From an uncultured Spirochaetota bacterium (lineage in GTDB: Bacteria; Spirochaetota; Spirochaetia; SZUA-6; Fen-1364), in assembly GCA_963734545.1 (NCBI GenBank), contig CAVTHO010000008.1:448001-512000 (forward strand): a DNA stretch of 64,000 bases, written 5' to 3'. Shown here piece after piece: positions 32,530-45,824 of this stretch. The notes beneath the pieces were generated by a model that worked only from the letters and a program-made list of their open reading frames with translations, was not told where the DNA came from and made no database searches. The translations under genes and the position numbers were made by a program. Position 1 is the stretch's first letter; each line of letters opens with the position of its first letter.

Positions 32530-33450
32530 CTACTGAGGCAGTTGGTTCAGGTCAAATGGCGTGGCCTGGTAGACGCAGTAGTTGAGCCAGTTGGAATAGA
32601 GCAGGTGGGCGTGGGAACGCCAGGTCACCTGCGGCTCCCGGGTCGGGTCGTCATCGGGGTAGTAGTTTCTTGGAACGGCGATCGGAAGGCCCTTTGCCAC
32701 GTCCCTGTCGTACTCTGCCTTGAGGGTGAGCCTGTCGTACTCGGGGTGGCCGGTGACGAACACCATGCGCCCATCGTCCGAGGTCGCCATGTAGACGCCG
32801 GCTTCTTCGGAAACCGCCAGCAGCTTCAGGCCCTTCACCGCCTCGATGTCAGCCCTCCGCACCTCGGTATGACGCGAATGGGGCGCCATGAACACCTCGT
32901 CGAAGCCCCGCAGGATCGGCTCGTGGGGGTCGAGGATCCTGTGCGCGAACAGGCCGAACACCTTGCAGGGGACCGCGTACTTGGGGACCCGGAAGTGATG
33001 ATACAGCGCCGCCTGCGCCCCCCAGCAGATGTGGAGGGTCGACCAGACGTTCGTGCGGCTCCAATCCATGAGGCGCACCAGCTCGGGCCAGTAGTCGACC
33101 TCCTGGAACGGCAGGCTCTCCACGGGGGCGCCGGTGATGACCAGGCCGTCGAAGCGCTCGTGCAGCACGTCGTCCAGGGACTCGTAGAACGCGTCCAGAT
33201 GCTCGGCAGGCGTGTTTTTCGACTCGTGCATGCCCATGCGGATGAAGGTGATATCGACCTGGAGCGGGCTGTTGCCCAGGAGCCGAAGGATCTGGGTCTC
33301 GGTCACGATCTTCGTCGGCATCAGGTTCAACACGGCGATACGCAGCGGACGAATGTCCTGATGGATGGCCCGCTCCGTGGTCATGACGAAGATGTTCTCT
33401 TCACCAAGGATCTTTCGGGCGGGCAGGTCGTTGGGAATCCTTACCGGCAT
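32530..33450 (-). CDS. metA: Homoserine O-acyltransferase MetA family, Glu-type (acetyltransferase predicted)
   Basis: [30 protein letters not shown] and GHPEY motifs. Confidence 0.93.
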   Translation of the reverse strand: MPVRIPNDLPARKILGEENIFVMTTERAIHQDIRPLRIAVLNLMPTKIVTETQILRLLGNSPLQVDITFIRMGMHESKNTPAEHLDAFYESLDDVLHERFDGLVITGAPVESLPFQEVDYWPELVRLMDWSRTNVWSTLHICWGAQAALYHHFRVPKYAVPCKVFGLFAHRILDPHEPILRGFDEVFMAPHSRHTEVRRADIEAVKGLKLLAVSEEAGVYMATSDDGRMVFVTGHPEYDRLTLKAEYDRDVAKGLPIAVPRNYYPDDDPTREPQVTWRSHAHLLYSNWLNYCVYQATPFDLNQLPQ

Positions 33451-33522
33451 GCTTTTCCTCAGGCGGTAGAATAGAGAAAAACCGCGCGCGTGGGAAGCGG
33501 CCTCCGCACGCTCGCGACCGGT

Positions 33523-34615
33523 CTAGTGCAGCAGCCGCTTCTTGTTGCGGATGTAGTCCGCGAAAAGGAACTCACCGAGCTTGTCCGCCGACGCGTAGTA
33601 CGCCCTGCCCTTGTTGAGGCGCGTCATCTCGTCCACGAAGTCCACCAGCTCGGGGTCCTGCGCGAGCATGAAGGTCGTGATGGTGATGCCGGCCCGCCGG
33701 CAGGCGGATGCGGCCTCCAGGGTCTGGGCAAGGATCTTCGGGTCGAAGCCGTAGGGGTTCTTGTACACTTCCCCGTTCTCCGTGATCGCGGTGGGCTTTC
33801 CGTCAGTCACCATGAAGATCTGCCTGTTGGTCTGCCGGGTGGATTCCAGGATGGACTGCGCCATCTCGAGGCCGGCGCGCGTGTTGGTATGGAAAGGACC
33901 CACCTGCAGATACGGAATGTCGCTGATGGCGATTTCCTTCGCCTCGTCTCCAAAGGTACCGACCCGCAGCGTGTCCTTGGGGTAGCGTGTGAGGATGAGC
34001 TCACACAATGCAAGTGCCACCTGTTTGGCCGGCGTGATGCGATCCTCGCCGTAGAGAATCATGCTGTGGCTGATGTCGACCAGGAGCATGGTGGCGCAGG
34101 AGGACAGGTGCTCCGTCTCGTAGACTTCCAGATCCTCCTCCGCCAGCATGATCTCATCCACACCGGCCCGCTTCACCGCGTTGGAGATCGTGCCCAGCGC
34201 GTCGATCTGGGTCACCGGGTCTCCGAAATTTCCACGCGCGGGTCTCCGTGAGCCTTTCCTCGCCATTGCCCGTGCTGGGCACCCGGTGCTGGCCGAAGCC
34301 GGATTTCTGCAGGCCGTTGAATATCTGGTTCAGCGAATCCTTGCGGATGACCTGCTCGCCCTTGGCGGTGAGACTGTACCCTCCCTCCTTGAGCTTCTCG
34401 ATGATCCGCTGCTCCTCGAGCTGCCGTCTGAACTCCGCCAGGTCGATGTCGGCGTCCAGCGAGCCGCGCTCCTGCAGGTATTCCATCCATTTAAAGACAC
34501 GATCGACATCCCCGCCTGCCATGAGCAGGAGATAGTTGAACAGGCTCATGAGGTCCTGGAATGATTTCAGCAGATTCTGGAGCGTCTGGTCCCACTCGGA
34601 ATACTCCCACAGCAT
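33523..34615 (-). CDS. VWA-domain protein; +1 frameshift near 34228
   Basis: MIDAS-like DISHSM, TNTRAGL and MVTDGKPT motifs; N-terminal half in ORF 34154..34615. Confidence 0.82.
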
Positions 34616-34628
34616 GCGCGCCGCCTTC

Positions 34629-36176
34629 CTAGTTGTCGCCGCTCGTCGCCATGTGGTCGAACATGGCCTTCAGCATGTCACGGTAGGCGGTTTTCACGCC
34701 CTCCTCGCGCTTGGAGACCATGGAATGCTGGTGCAGCCCCTCCAGAACGAACTCCATGGCCAGGGGGATCCCGTCCCCGTCCTTCAGGTCCAGGTGCTTG
34801 GCCGCGATCTCCTTCAAGCCGGTCACTCTTTCGAGTCGTTTCACGTAGTCGTCATGGGGGAGCTCGTCCGATGTCTCCACCGTGTTCCCCTTCGAAAACC
34901 AGCTGAGGATGGGCTGGAAGGGGGACGGCTCCTGCCGGCCCGCCGCCGGGTCTTCCACGTTCTCCCGTTCCATCCGCGAGCCCGCGGATTCCTTCTTCTT
35001 CTTTTTCGGGGTCGGATCCGGGAACCATCTGCGGAAAGTCTCCTTCACCGCCTCTCCAATGATTTTTCGCGCCACGATGGCTGCCCCCTGCTGCTCGCCC
35101 TCATACACCAGCTCCACCTTGCCGGTGATGGCGGTCACGGCCGCGTGCAGGTCTCCGATGCGGGGATAGACGTGCTTCTCCTGCTGGACGATGGCGCGCC
35201 GCTCCATGTTGCTCATCACGTTCTCCATCAGGGAGATGCTCATGCGCGCGGAGACTCCCGAGGCCTGGTTGACGTATTCGCTGGCGCGCGCCGCGAATGC
35301 CACTTCCTCCACCAGCTCCCGGTACCAGTCCGGCATGACCAGCTCGATGCCGCCCTCCCTCTTCGTCCACGCCTCCTGTGCCGTTATCCGCATTGCCGCC
35401 TGCCGGTCCTGGGGATAGTGGGTGATGATCTGGGAGTCGATCCGGTCCTTCAGCGGGGTGATGATGTTGCCCCTGTTGGTGTAGTCCTCGGGATTCGCCG
35501 AATAGACCATGAGAATGTCCATCTGCATCCGGATGGGGAATCCGCGGATCTGGATGTCTTTCTCTTCCATGATATTCAACAGGCCCACCTGGATCCGGGG
35601 CGGGAGGTCAGGAAGCTCGTTGATGGCGAAGATGCCGCGATTGGTCCTCGGGATGATGCCGAAATGGATGACTTCCTCGTCCGCGTAGGCCAGCTTGCGG
35701 GTGGCGGCCTTGATCGGGTCGATGTCACCGATGAGGTCCGCGATGGTGACATCCGGAGTGGCCAGCTTCTCCCGATAGCGCGCCTCGCGCGGCAGCCATT
35801 CGATCGGCGCGGCGTCTCCGAGCGTGGCGATCGCCTCCCTGCCCTTTCTGCTCACGGGCGCAAAGGGGTCGTCATTCGTCTCGGTTCCCGCGATGACGGG
35901 GATCTGCTCGTCGAGGAATCTCACGAGATTGCGCAGAATGCGGGTCTTGGCCTGGCCGCGCAGCCCCAGAAGGATGAAGTCATGCTTCGAAAGGATCGCG
36001 TTGACCAGGCCGGGGATGACGGTGGTATCGTAGCCGATGATGCCGGGAAAAAGCTCCTCCCGCGAGCGGAGCATGCGGACGAGGTTGGCGCGCATTTCGT
36101 CCTTCACCGTCCGCCGCTCGTAACCGGCCGATCTCAGCTCTCCAAGGGTTTTCGGAAATTTCAACTCGCCCTCCAA
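34629..36176 (-). CDS. AAA+ ATPase, Mg-chelatase ChlI/MoxR-related
   Basis: LGLRGQAKTR (Walker A variant), INELPDL, ANPEDYTNRG and GVSAR motifs. Confidence 0.85.
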   Translation of the reverse strand: MEGELKFPKTLGELRSAGYERRTVKDEMRANLVRMLRSREELFPGIIGYDTTVIPGLVNAILSKHDFILLGLRGQAKTRILRNLVRFLDEQIPVIAGTETNDDPFAPVSRKGREAIATLGDAAPIEWLPREARYREKLATPDVTIADLIGDIDPIKAATRKLAYADEEVIHFGIIPRTNRGIFAINELPDLPPRIQVGLLNIMEEKDIQIRGFPIRMQMDILMVYSANPEDYTNRGNIITPLKDRIDSQIITHYPQDRQAAMRITAQEAWTKREGGIELVMPDWYRELVEEVAFAARASEYVNQASGVSARMSISLMENVMSNMERRAIVQQEKHVYPRIGDLHAAVTAITGKVELVYEGEQQGAAIVARKIIGEAVKETFRRWFPDPTPKKKKKESAGSRMERENVEDPAAGRQEPSPFQPILSWFSKGNTVETSDELPHDDYVKRLERVTGLKEIAAKHLDLKDGDGIPLAMEFVLEGLHQHSMVSKREEGVKTAYRDMLKAMFDHMATSGDN

Positions 36177-36267
36177 TCTTCAATTGAAAAAGGTACTGAA
36201 TTCCGGAGGGAATGGGGCAAGAAAGCCTCCCCTCGCGGCGATGCGTGGAATTCGCTATACTGCATCG

Positions 36268-37188
36268 ATGCGCCGGATCGCGACTGCCAGCCTTATCTTC
36301 TTGCTTACCCAGGGGTCGATCTACGCCGCGGAAGGCGCGCATGGCGCCGCCGGCAGCGGGGAGAGCTTCAACCTCTCGACTGCTCTGTTCGCCGAGCTCA
36401 CCGACAACTTCGACCAGCCCTACGCCACGTTCGACATCGCCATCGGGAGCCTGCGCTTTCCCGTCAAGATCACGAAGCATTTCATCCTCATCGGAGTGGT
36501 CGGTCTGCTGGTGCTCGCCAGCATGTTCTACCTTGCGCGCAAGCTGAAGGACCCGTTCAAGAAGCCCACCCGGCTGCAGAGCCTGTTCGAGTCCCTCATC
36601 CAGTACATGAGCGACACGGTCTACCAGCCGGTCCTTGGGACGGAGGGCAAGCGGTTCTACCTCCTGTGCTTCTCCTTCTTCCTGTTCATTCTCTACTCGA
36701 ACCTGCTGGGCATGATCCCTCCCTTCGCCCGTCTGCGGCCCGCCGGAGCGAGCGAGGCGGTCTGGCTGGGCGGAGCGGTCACCGGCAACCTGGCGACGAC
36801 GGCCGGCCTGGGGATCATCACGTTCGTCGTGCTGAACGTGGCGGGAATGCGGAGCAAGGGCATCATCGGGTACTGGAAGGACCTTGTGCCGCACGGCACA
36901 CCGGGGTGGATGGTCCCCTTCACATTGCTTTTCGAGGTGGTCGGCATCTTCTCCAAGACCATCGCCCTCATCATGAGGCTCTTTGCCAACATGATCGGCG
37001 GACACGTGGCGATCCTCCTCATCCTGCTCCTCATATTGAAGTTCCAGTCCCTCGCTATCGGTCCCGTGGCCGTCCTGGTGGACCTTGCCATCTCCGCCCT
37101 GGAGCTGTTCGTCGCCGTGCTGCAGGCCTACATATTCTCGTTTCTCTCGGCCATGTTCATCGGTCTTGCCATACGAAAGCACTCATAG
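36268..37188 (+). CDS. atpB: F0 ATP synthase subunit a
   Basis: PTRLQSLFE, NLLGMIP, RLFANMIGGH and LELFVAVLQAYIF motifs. Confidence 0.93.
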   Translation: MRRIATASLIFLLTQGSIYAAEGAHGAAGSGESFNLSTALFAELTDNFDQPYATFDIAIGSLRFPVKITKHFILIGVVGLLVLASMFYLARKLKDPFKKPTRLQSLFESLIQYMSDTVYQPVLGTEGKRFYLLCFSFFLFILYSNLLGMIPPFARLRPAGASEAVWLGGAVTGNLATTAGLGIITFVVLNVAGMRSKGIIGYWKDLVPHGTPGWMVPFTLLFEVVGIFSKTIALIMRLFANMIGGHVAILLILLLILKFQSLAIGPVAVLVDLAISALELFVAVLQAYIFSFLSAMFIGLAIRKHS

Positions 37189-37243
37189 CGTTCATGCGGC
37201 GCCCTGGGGTTCCGCGGAAAGATCTCTCGGAAGGAGTACGATT

Positions 37244-37495
37244 ATGGATCTGGCAACATTAGCACCTGCCATCATGAAGTTCGGCGCGTTCATCGGCGCA
37301 ACCATCGGCGCCGGGCTCGCGGTCCTCGGCGTCGGGCTCGGCCTGGGGAAGATCGGCGCGAGCGCCGTCGAGGGCATCGCGCGTCAGCCGGAAGCGGCCG
37401 GCAAGATCCAGACGAACATGCTGCTCACCGCCGTGCTCGTGGAGGGGGTCGGCATCATCGCGCTGGTCATCTGCATTCTCGCCATTGTCATGTAG
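37244..37495 (+). CDS. atpE: F0 ATP synthase subunit c
   Basis: GLGLG, ARQPEA and LVEG motifs; RBS AAGGAG. Confidence 0.93.
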   Translation: MDLATLAPAIMKFGAFIGATIGAGLAVLGVGLGLGKIGASAVEGIARQPEAAGKIQTNMLLTAVLVEGVGIIALVICILAIVM

Positions 37496-37507
37496 GAGGG
37501 GTGAGGG

Positions 37508-38032
37508 ATGGCTCTCCTCCGCATAGATCCCGGCCTCGTCATCTGGCTGTGGATCACATTCGGCATCATCCTCCTGATCCTGCGGTTCACCGTGTGGGAC
37601 AGGATCACCGGGGCGCTGGACAAGAGGTCGGAGAGGATCGAGACGGACCTCGCGTCCGCCCGGAAGGCGGGAGAGAAGGCCACCGCCGTGCTCGCCGAGT
37701 ACGACAGGACGATCCGCGAGGGCAAGGCCGAGGCCGCGCTCATCATCGAGGGCGCGCGCACGGAGGCCTCGCGTCTCCGGGAGGACATCCTCGCCAGGTC
37801 CCACCAGGAGGCCCGCGAGCAGATGGACAGGGCAAAGCAGGAGATCGAGAAGGCACGGGAAGACGCGGAGCGGGCGCTCCGCGGCCAGGTCGTCTCCCTC
37901 TCATTCTCCATCGCGGACGCCATCCTGAAACGGGAGACGGGCACATCGGACAACCGGATGTTCGTCGAGGAGTTCGCCGACAAGCTCATTGCCGGCGCTC
38001 CCGCCGGCCCCGGCGCAGGCTCCCGGAACTGA
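37508..38032 (+). CDS. atpF: F0 ATP synthase subunit b
   Basis: DPGLVIWLWITF TM followed by coiled coil. Confidence 0.9.
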   Translation: MALLRIDPGLVIWLWITFGIILLILRFTVWDRITGALDKRSERIETDLASARKAGEKATAVLAEYDRTIREGKAEAALIIEGARTEASRLREDILARSHQEAREQMDRAKQEIEKAREDAERALRGQVVSLSFSIADAILKRETGTSDNRMFVEEFADKLIAGAPAGPGAGSRN

Positions 38033-38043
38033 AGGGCGCGGAG

Positions 38044-38580
38044 ATGACCAGCGGCATTGCCCGCAACTACGCCCGCGCGCTGTTCGATCTCGCCGTGGAG
38101 ACCGGTGACCTCCTTGCCGTGGAAGCGGACCTCGGCACGGCGCGCGACCTGCTGTACACGGCGAAGGACGCGCGCGCGTTCCTGGGCAACAGGCTGATCG
38201 GCCGGACCACGAAGAAGAACCTCATCCGGAAGGCGTTCGAGGGAAGGATAGACTCCCGGCTCATGGTCCTCCTTTACCTTCTGGCCAATCGCGGCCGCAC
38301 GGAGCTCATCGGTGAGATCGCGGAGGAATACGAGAGGCTCTCCCGGCTTGCCCGTGGCGTGCGGAACGTGAAGATCGTCTCCGCTTTCCCGCTCGGAAAA
38401 GAGGAGAAGGCGCTCATCACACGTTCACTCGAAGAACGGTGGAAGGCCAGCGTGGAGCTGCGGACGGAGGTTCGCCCCTCTCTCATCGGCGGCGTTGTCG
38501 CGGAGAGCGAGGGTCAGGAGATCGAGCTCAGCATCCAGGGTCAGTTGAAGGGCCTGGCCGACAGGCTCGAAGGAAAGTAG
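38044..38580 (+). CDS. atpH: F1 ATP synthase subunit delta
   Basis: [10 protein letters not shown] and PSLIGGVV motifs. Confidence 0.9.
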   Translation: MTSGIARNYARALFDLAVETGDLLAVEADLGTARDLLYTAKDARAFLGNRLIGRTTKKNLIRKAFEGRIDSRLMVLLYLLANRGRTELIGEIAEEYERLSRLARGVRNVKIVSAFPLGKEEKALITRSLEERWKASVELRTEVRPSLIGGVVAESEGQEIELSIQGQLKGLADRLEGK

Positions 38581-38618
38581 CGGAGAAATGCGCGGGGTAC
38601 CGCGCAGGGGGACAGCCT

Positions 38619-40119
38619 ATGCGCATCAATCTCGAAGAGATATCGACACGGATCAAGGAAGAGATCCGCAACTACTCCAAGAACCTGACCGTCGAGGATG
38701 TCGGGACCGTGGTGGAGCTCGGGGACGGCATTGCGCGCATCTACGGCATGCGCGGCGCCATGGCAATGGAGATGCTCGAATTCGAAACGGGCGTCTACGG
38801 GCTCGCGTTGAACCTGGAGGAGGACAGCGTCGGCGCCGTCATCCTCGGGAACTACCTCGACCTTCACGAGGGGGGCAAGGTCAGGAGAACAGGCAGGGTC
38901 CTGGAGGTGCCGGTCGGTCACGAGCTCGTGGGAAGGGTGGTCAATCCCCTGGGCATTCCCGTCGATGACAAGGGCGAGCTGAAAACGGTCCGGACCCGGC
39001 CGGTGGAGTTCAAGGCGCCCGGGCATCCGCGACCGCCAGCCGGTCAAGGAGCCGCTGCAGACGGGGGTGAAGGCCATTGACGCGATGGTGCCCATCGGCA
39101 GGGGACAGCGCGAGCTCCTGATCGGAGACCGGGGAACCGGCAAGGAATCCCTGGCCATGGACGCCATCATCAACCAGAAAGGCAGGGGCGTGATCTGCGT
39201 CTACGTTGCCGTGGGGCAGAAGGCCTCAATGGTGGCGGGTATCGTGGAAGCGCTGCGCGAGCGCGGCGCCATGGAGCACACCATCATCGTGGCGGCCACG
39301 GCCGCCGAGCCCGCCGCCCTGCAGTACATCGCCCCCTATGCGGGATGCGCGATGGCCGAGTACTTCATGTACGAGGAGCACAAGGACACGCTGTGCGTGT
39401 ACGACGATCTTTCGCGGCAGGCCAACGCCTACCGGCAGCTCTCCCTGCTCCTGCGCAGGCCGCCCGGACGCGAGGCCTACCCCGGCGACGTTTTCTATCT
39501 CCATTCGCGCCTGCTGGAGCGCGCCGCGCGGCTTTCCAATGAACAGGGAGGCGGCTCTCTCACGGCGCTCCCCCTGATCGAAACCCAGGAGGGAGAGGTC
39601 TCCGCGTACATCCCCACGAACGTGATCTCGATCACCGACGGCCAGATCTACCTGCGCACGGATCTGTACAACTCGGGGATACGGCCCGCCATCGACGTCG
39701 GCCTGTCCGTCTCCCGCGTGGGCGGCAACGCGCAGATCAAGGCGATGAAACAGGTCGCCGGGTCGCTGCGGATCGACCTGGCCGCCTATCGGGAGCTGGA
39801 GGCCTTCTCCCAGATGGGGACCGAGCTGGACAAGGCCACCCAGGCCCAACTCGCCCGCGGGGCGCGCATGGTGGAGGTGCTCAAGCAGCAGCAGTACAGC
39901 CCGATGCCGGTGGAAGAGCAGGTCATGATCCTCTATGCCGCCACCCGCGGCTACATGGACGACGTGCCCGTGATGCGCGTGCGCGAGTTCGAGACGAAGT
40001 TCCTCGCCTGGCTGCGCAGCGAGAAGCCGGAGATACTGGCGGGCATCAGGAACCTCGGGACGCTGTCGGAGCCCGAGGTGCTCACCGCGGCCATCGCGGC
40101 GTTCAAGAAGACGTTCTAG
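38619..40119 (+). CDS. atpA: F1 ATP synthase subunit alpha; +1 frameshift near 39021
   Basis: [39 protein letters not shown] and SVSRVGG motifs. Confidence 0.95.
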
Positions 40120-40122
40120 GCC

Positions 40123-42764
<2,642 letters not shown>

Positions 42765-42886
42765 AGCCCCGGGTTATCATCAAACACGTGTTCGGTGATC
42801 AGGCGGAGGCTTTCAAAGCCTCCGGAAGCGGCCTCACGCTCCGCACAACGCCTTGTAAAAATTTTTCGCGCGCGTGCACGAAACTC

Positions 42887-42915
42887 TTGACAAGTACGCA
42901 CCGAAGCACTATGAT
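42887..42915 (+). promoter_or_regulatory. Near-consensus sigma70 promoter
   Basis: TTGACA-17 nt-TATGAT. Confidence 0.85.
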
Positions 42916-42958
42916 CTTACACGATTTTAATTCTATGAGATGAGAGGGAGGGGTTACC

Positions 42959-43063
42959 GTGGCTGTAAAGAAGACAGCGAAGAAAGGCGCCAAGAAGAGC
43001 GCCAAGAAGTCGGCCAAGAAGCCGGCGAAGAAAGCCGCCAAGAAGACGGCTAAGAAGAGGTAG
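42959..43063 (+). CDS. 34-aa histone H1-like xAKK-repeat basic protein
   Basis: GTG start with RBS GGGAGG; translates MAVKKTAKKGAKKSAKKSAKKPAKKAAKKTAKKR*; has its own promoter and terminator. Confidence 0.85.
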   Translation: MAVKKTAKKGAKKSAKKSAKKPAKKAAKKTAKKR

Positions 43064-43081
43064 GGGAGAGACAATCTCCCG

Positions 43082-43128
43082 CGCGGGGGAGGAGAACGGA
43101 CAATCTCTTCCCCCGCGTTCTTTTTTTT
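43082..43128 (+). terminator. Rho-independent terminator
   Basis: CGCGGGGGAGGAGA / TCTCTTCCCCCGCG stem followed by TTCTTTTTTTT. Confidence 0.88.
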
Positions 43129-43236
43129 CGCCCACAAGTATTCCCCCCAGGGGAGCGGGCGGTGATCCGCGACTTCAAGGTCTTAAAAACTGCACCGAAC
43201 GAGAGAGACGTATCACGCGCGAGCCTGCGCGATTTT

Positions 43237-44110
43237 TCACCTCCCGAGTATCTTCAGACATTCAAAGAGAACACGTTCCGCGCTGATTCCCTCCATGCCT
43301 GCGCGCGGCGACTCAATTGCGCGCACCGTGCGCCCCCGCGGCAGCCATACCCGCTGGTCGGTGGCGCCGAACAGAACGACAGTGGGACATCCGCACGCGG
43401 CGGCAAGATGAGTCACTCCGGAATCGTTGCCGATGTACAACCGGCAGCGCGAAAGAGATCCGGCAAGGGCGTGGAGATTCAGATCCCGCCAGGTATGCGC
43501 ATCTGACGGCAGGACGATTTCCGCCTCCGCAGGGCCCACGATCCATGCGACCTCCTCGCCCGCGGATTCCAGGGATCGCGCGACCTCCATGAAGCGTTCG
43601 AGTGCCCAGTTCTTCCGGGAGCTGCCGCTGCCGGGATGAATGGCAACCGCCGCCTCCGCGCGGGACTGCGCGGGGCCCGAGGTATCGACCCGCGGCACCC
43701 GCGCCTCGTCGGTGAATGCAAGCTCGGAAAACAGCGACAGATGATAGTCGACGATGGAGACCGGGACCGAAGGAAAGGGGTCCTGGCGCAGGATCGAGCG
43801 CACGCCGCATGACGCGAGCCGGTCCCTGAGGGGTGAGGAGTCCTGAGCGAACAGCGAGGGCGGAAGCAACACGCGAGAGGCGCTCCACGAGAGGGGCCGG
43901 CGTGCCGGTATCGGAAGAAAAGAGCGGCGCGCACAGGGCAGATTCGGCATCCAGGACCTCGTCGAACATGGGAGCGGCGAGCGCGGCGTGCGCCGGCTTG
44001 CCCAGCAGAAGTAGCCGCTCCCGGTCGTGCAGCCTGCGCCAGGCGGCCATCGCGGGCAGCGTCGTGATGAAATCCCCCAGTGCGCCTGCGTGGTAGACCA
44101 GGCTGGTCAT
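43237..44110 (-). CDS. Glycosyltransferase family 9 (heptosyltransferase-like); +1 frameshift near 43855
   Basis: HAGALGDF, IHPGSGSSRKNW, GNDSGVTHLAAA and LFGATD motifs. Confidence 0.85.
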
Positions 44111-44171
44111 TTTCGTACCGTAGCACAGGAGGCGCGTTTCTGGTAATAAAGAGCAAAGAGGTGATCTCCCC

Positions 44172-45425
44172 ATGCCTGCGGCAACCAACAAGAATGTCCT
44201 TGTCATCAACTGCGGCAGCTCGTCGCTGAAGTACGAGGTCTGGCAGATGCCCCAGCGCGTCAGCCTTGGCCGGGGCCTGGTCGAGCGGATCGGGGAGCTG
44301 AAGGGAAAGATCACCCAGAAGACGCCCAAGGGAGACATCATGCGGGAGGTGCAGGTCCCGCATCACAAGGCGGCCATGCAGATGGTGTGCGAGGCGCTCA
44401 CGGACCCGGCCCAGGGGGCGCTGGGCGGCCTCGATGAGATCAGCGGCGTCGGGCACCGGGTGGTGCACGGAGGCGAACAGTACGCCTCATCCACCGTCAT
44501 AGACGAGGACGTCGTGAAGGCGGTGGAGAAGAACGTCGAGCTGGCCCCCCTGCACAACCCGCCCAACCTCATCGGCATCCGCGAGGCCCAGGCCGTGCTC
44601 CCGCACGTGAAGCAGGTGGCCGTGTTCGACACGTCGTTCCACCAGACAATGCCCCCGGCAGCCTACCTGTACGGCCTGCCGTACGAGCTGTACGAGAAGT
44701 ACAGGATCCGCCGCTACGGCTTCCACGGCACCAGCCATCGCTACGTGGCCTCGCGCGCAATGGAGCTGCTCAAGCGCTTCCCTGAAAACACGAACGTCAT
44801 CACCTGCCACCTCGGCAACGGCGCATCGGTGACGGCCATCGAGCACGGGGTTTCCATCGACACGTCCATGGGTTTCACGCCCCTCGAGGGCCTGATGATG
44901 GGCACGCGCAGCGGCGACATCGATCCCGCCATCATCAGCTTTCTCGAACAGCGCGGGTACAGCTCCACCGAGGTCAATGCGCTGCTCAACAAGAAGAGCG
45001 GGCTCCTCGGCCTCTCGGGGATCTCCAATGACCTGCGCGACCTGGAATCAGAGGCGGCAAAGGGAAACCAGCGGGCCGTCCAGGCCCTGGAAGTGTACGC
45101 TTACCGGGTGCGCAAGTATGTCGGCGCGTACGTGGCAAATCTCGTGAAGGTCGACGCCCTTGTTTTTACCGGTGGCATCGGTCAGCACGGGGTCCGCATG
45201 CGGGAAAGGATCTGTCACCGTCTGGAGAACCTCGGCATCTTCATGGACTACGAGGCCAACACGGCACTGGGTTCGGGAGAAGGGGTCGTCTCCACGCCCT
45301 ACTCGCCCATCGCGATCCTGGTGATCCCGACGAACGAGGAGCTTCAGATCGCGATCGATACGTATAATCTCATCTTTGGCGCCGAGAAGGCATTCCGAAG
45401 GCGCCAGAGCGATGTGTCTCTTTGA
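44172..45425 (+). CDS. ackA: Acetate kinase
   Basis: VINCGSSSLKY, GHRVVHGG, APLHNP, HLGNGAS and PTNEEL motifs. Confidence 0.96.
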   Translation: MPAATNKNVLVINCGSSSLKYEVWQMPQRVSLGRGLVERIGELKGKITQKTPKGDIMREVQVPHHKAAMQMVCEALTDPAQGALGGLDEISGVGHRVVHGGEQYASSTVIDEDVVKAVEKNVELAPLHNPPNLIGIREAQAVLPHVKQVAVFDTSFHQTMPPAAYLYGLPYELYEKYRIRRYGFHGTSHRYVASRAMELLKRFPENTNVITCHLGNGASVTAIEHGVSIDTSMGFTPLEGLMMGTRSGDIDPAIISFLEQRGYSSTEVNALLNKKSGLLGLSGISNDLRDLESEAAKGNQRAVQALEVYAYRVRKYVGAYVANLVKVDALVFTGGIGQHGVRMRERICHRLENLGIFMDYEANTALGSGEGVVSTPYSPIAILVIPTNEELQIAIDTYNLIFGAEKAFRRRQSDVSL

Positions 45426-45440
45426 ATGGGGGTTTCTTTC

Positions 45441-45824
45441 ATGGTAGAGCTGGATTTCACGAAGCTCGACGGGCTCGTCCCGGCGATAGCGCAGGATTGG
45501 CAGACGGGAGAGGTTCTCATGGTCGCCTTCATGAACAAGGAGTCCTGGGAGCTCACCCTGAAGACAGGGATCATGCACTACTGGAGCAGGTCCCGGAGCA
45601 AGCTCTGGAAGAAAGGCGAGAGCTCCGGCAACATCCAGGAGGTGAAGGAGCTGCGGATCGACTGTGACGAGGACTGCGTGCTGGCCAAGGTGCGCCAGAT
45701 CGGAGACGCCGCCTGCCACACCGGCTTCAGGAGCTGCTTCTACCGCGTGGTCGAGGGCGGGACGTTGCGCGTCGACGGCGTGCGGGTGTTCGACCCGGCC
45801 GATGTGTACGGAGAGAAGAAATGA
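45441..45824 (+). CDS. hisI: Phosphoribosyl-AMP cyclohydrolase
   Basis: [20 protein letters not shown] and [10 protein letters not shown] motifs. Confidence 0.93.
   Translation: MVELDFTKLDGLVPAIAQDWQTGEVLMVAFMNKESWELTLKTGIMHYWSRSRSKLWKKGESSGNIQEVKELRIDCDEDCVLAKVRQIGDAACHTGFRSCFYRVVEGGTLRVDGVRVFDPADVYGEKK

Noticed and set aside
1750-37262. Very long antisense or shadow ORFs (e.g. 1750..4089 -, 8582..10528 +, 31327..33474 +, 34536..37262 +)
   Set aside because: They mirror real genes on the opposite strand, have no motifs, and are typical of high-GC codon bias.
37501-38580. 359-aa ORF suggesting an AtpF-AtpH fusion
   Set aside because: The upstream part is an off-frame overlap of atpF; atpF has its own stop at 38032 and delta starts at 38044.
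42959-43063. 12-bp periodic repeat as a CRISPR array or VNTR
   Set aside because: There are no spacers, and the variation is synonymous or confined to the x position, so it is explained by a coding xAKK repeat.
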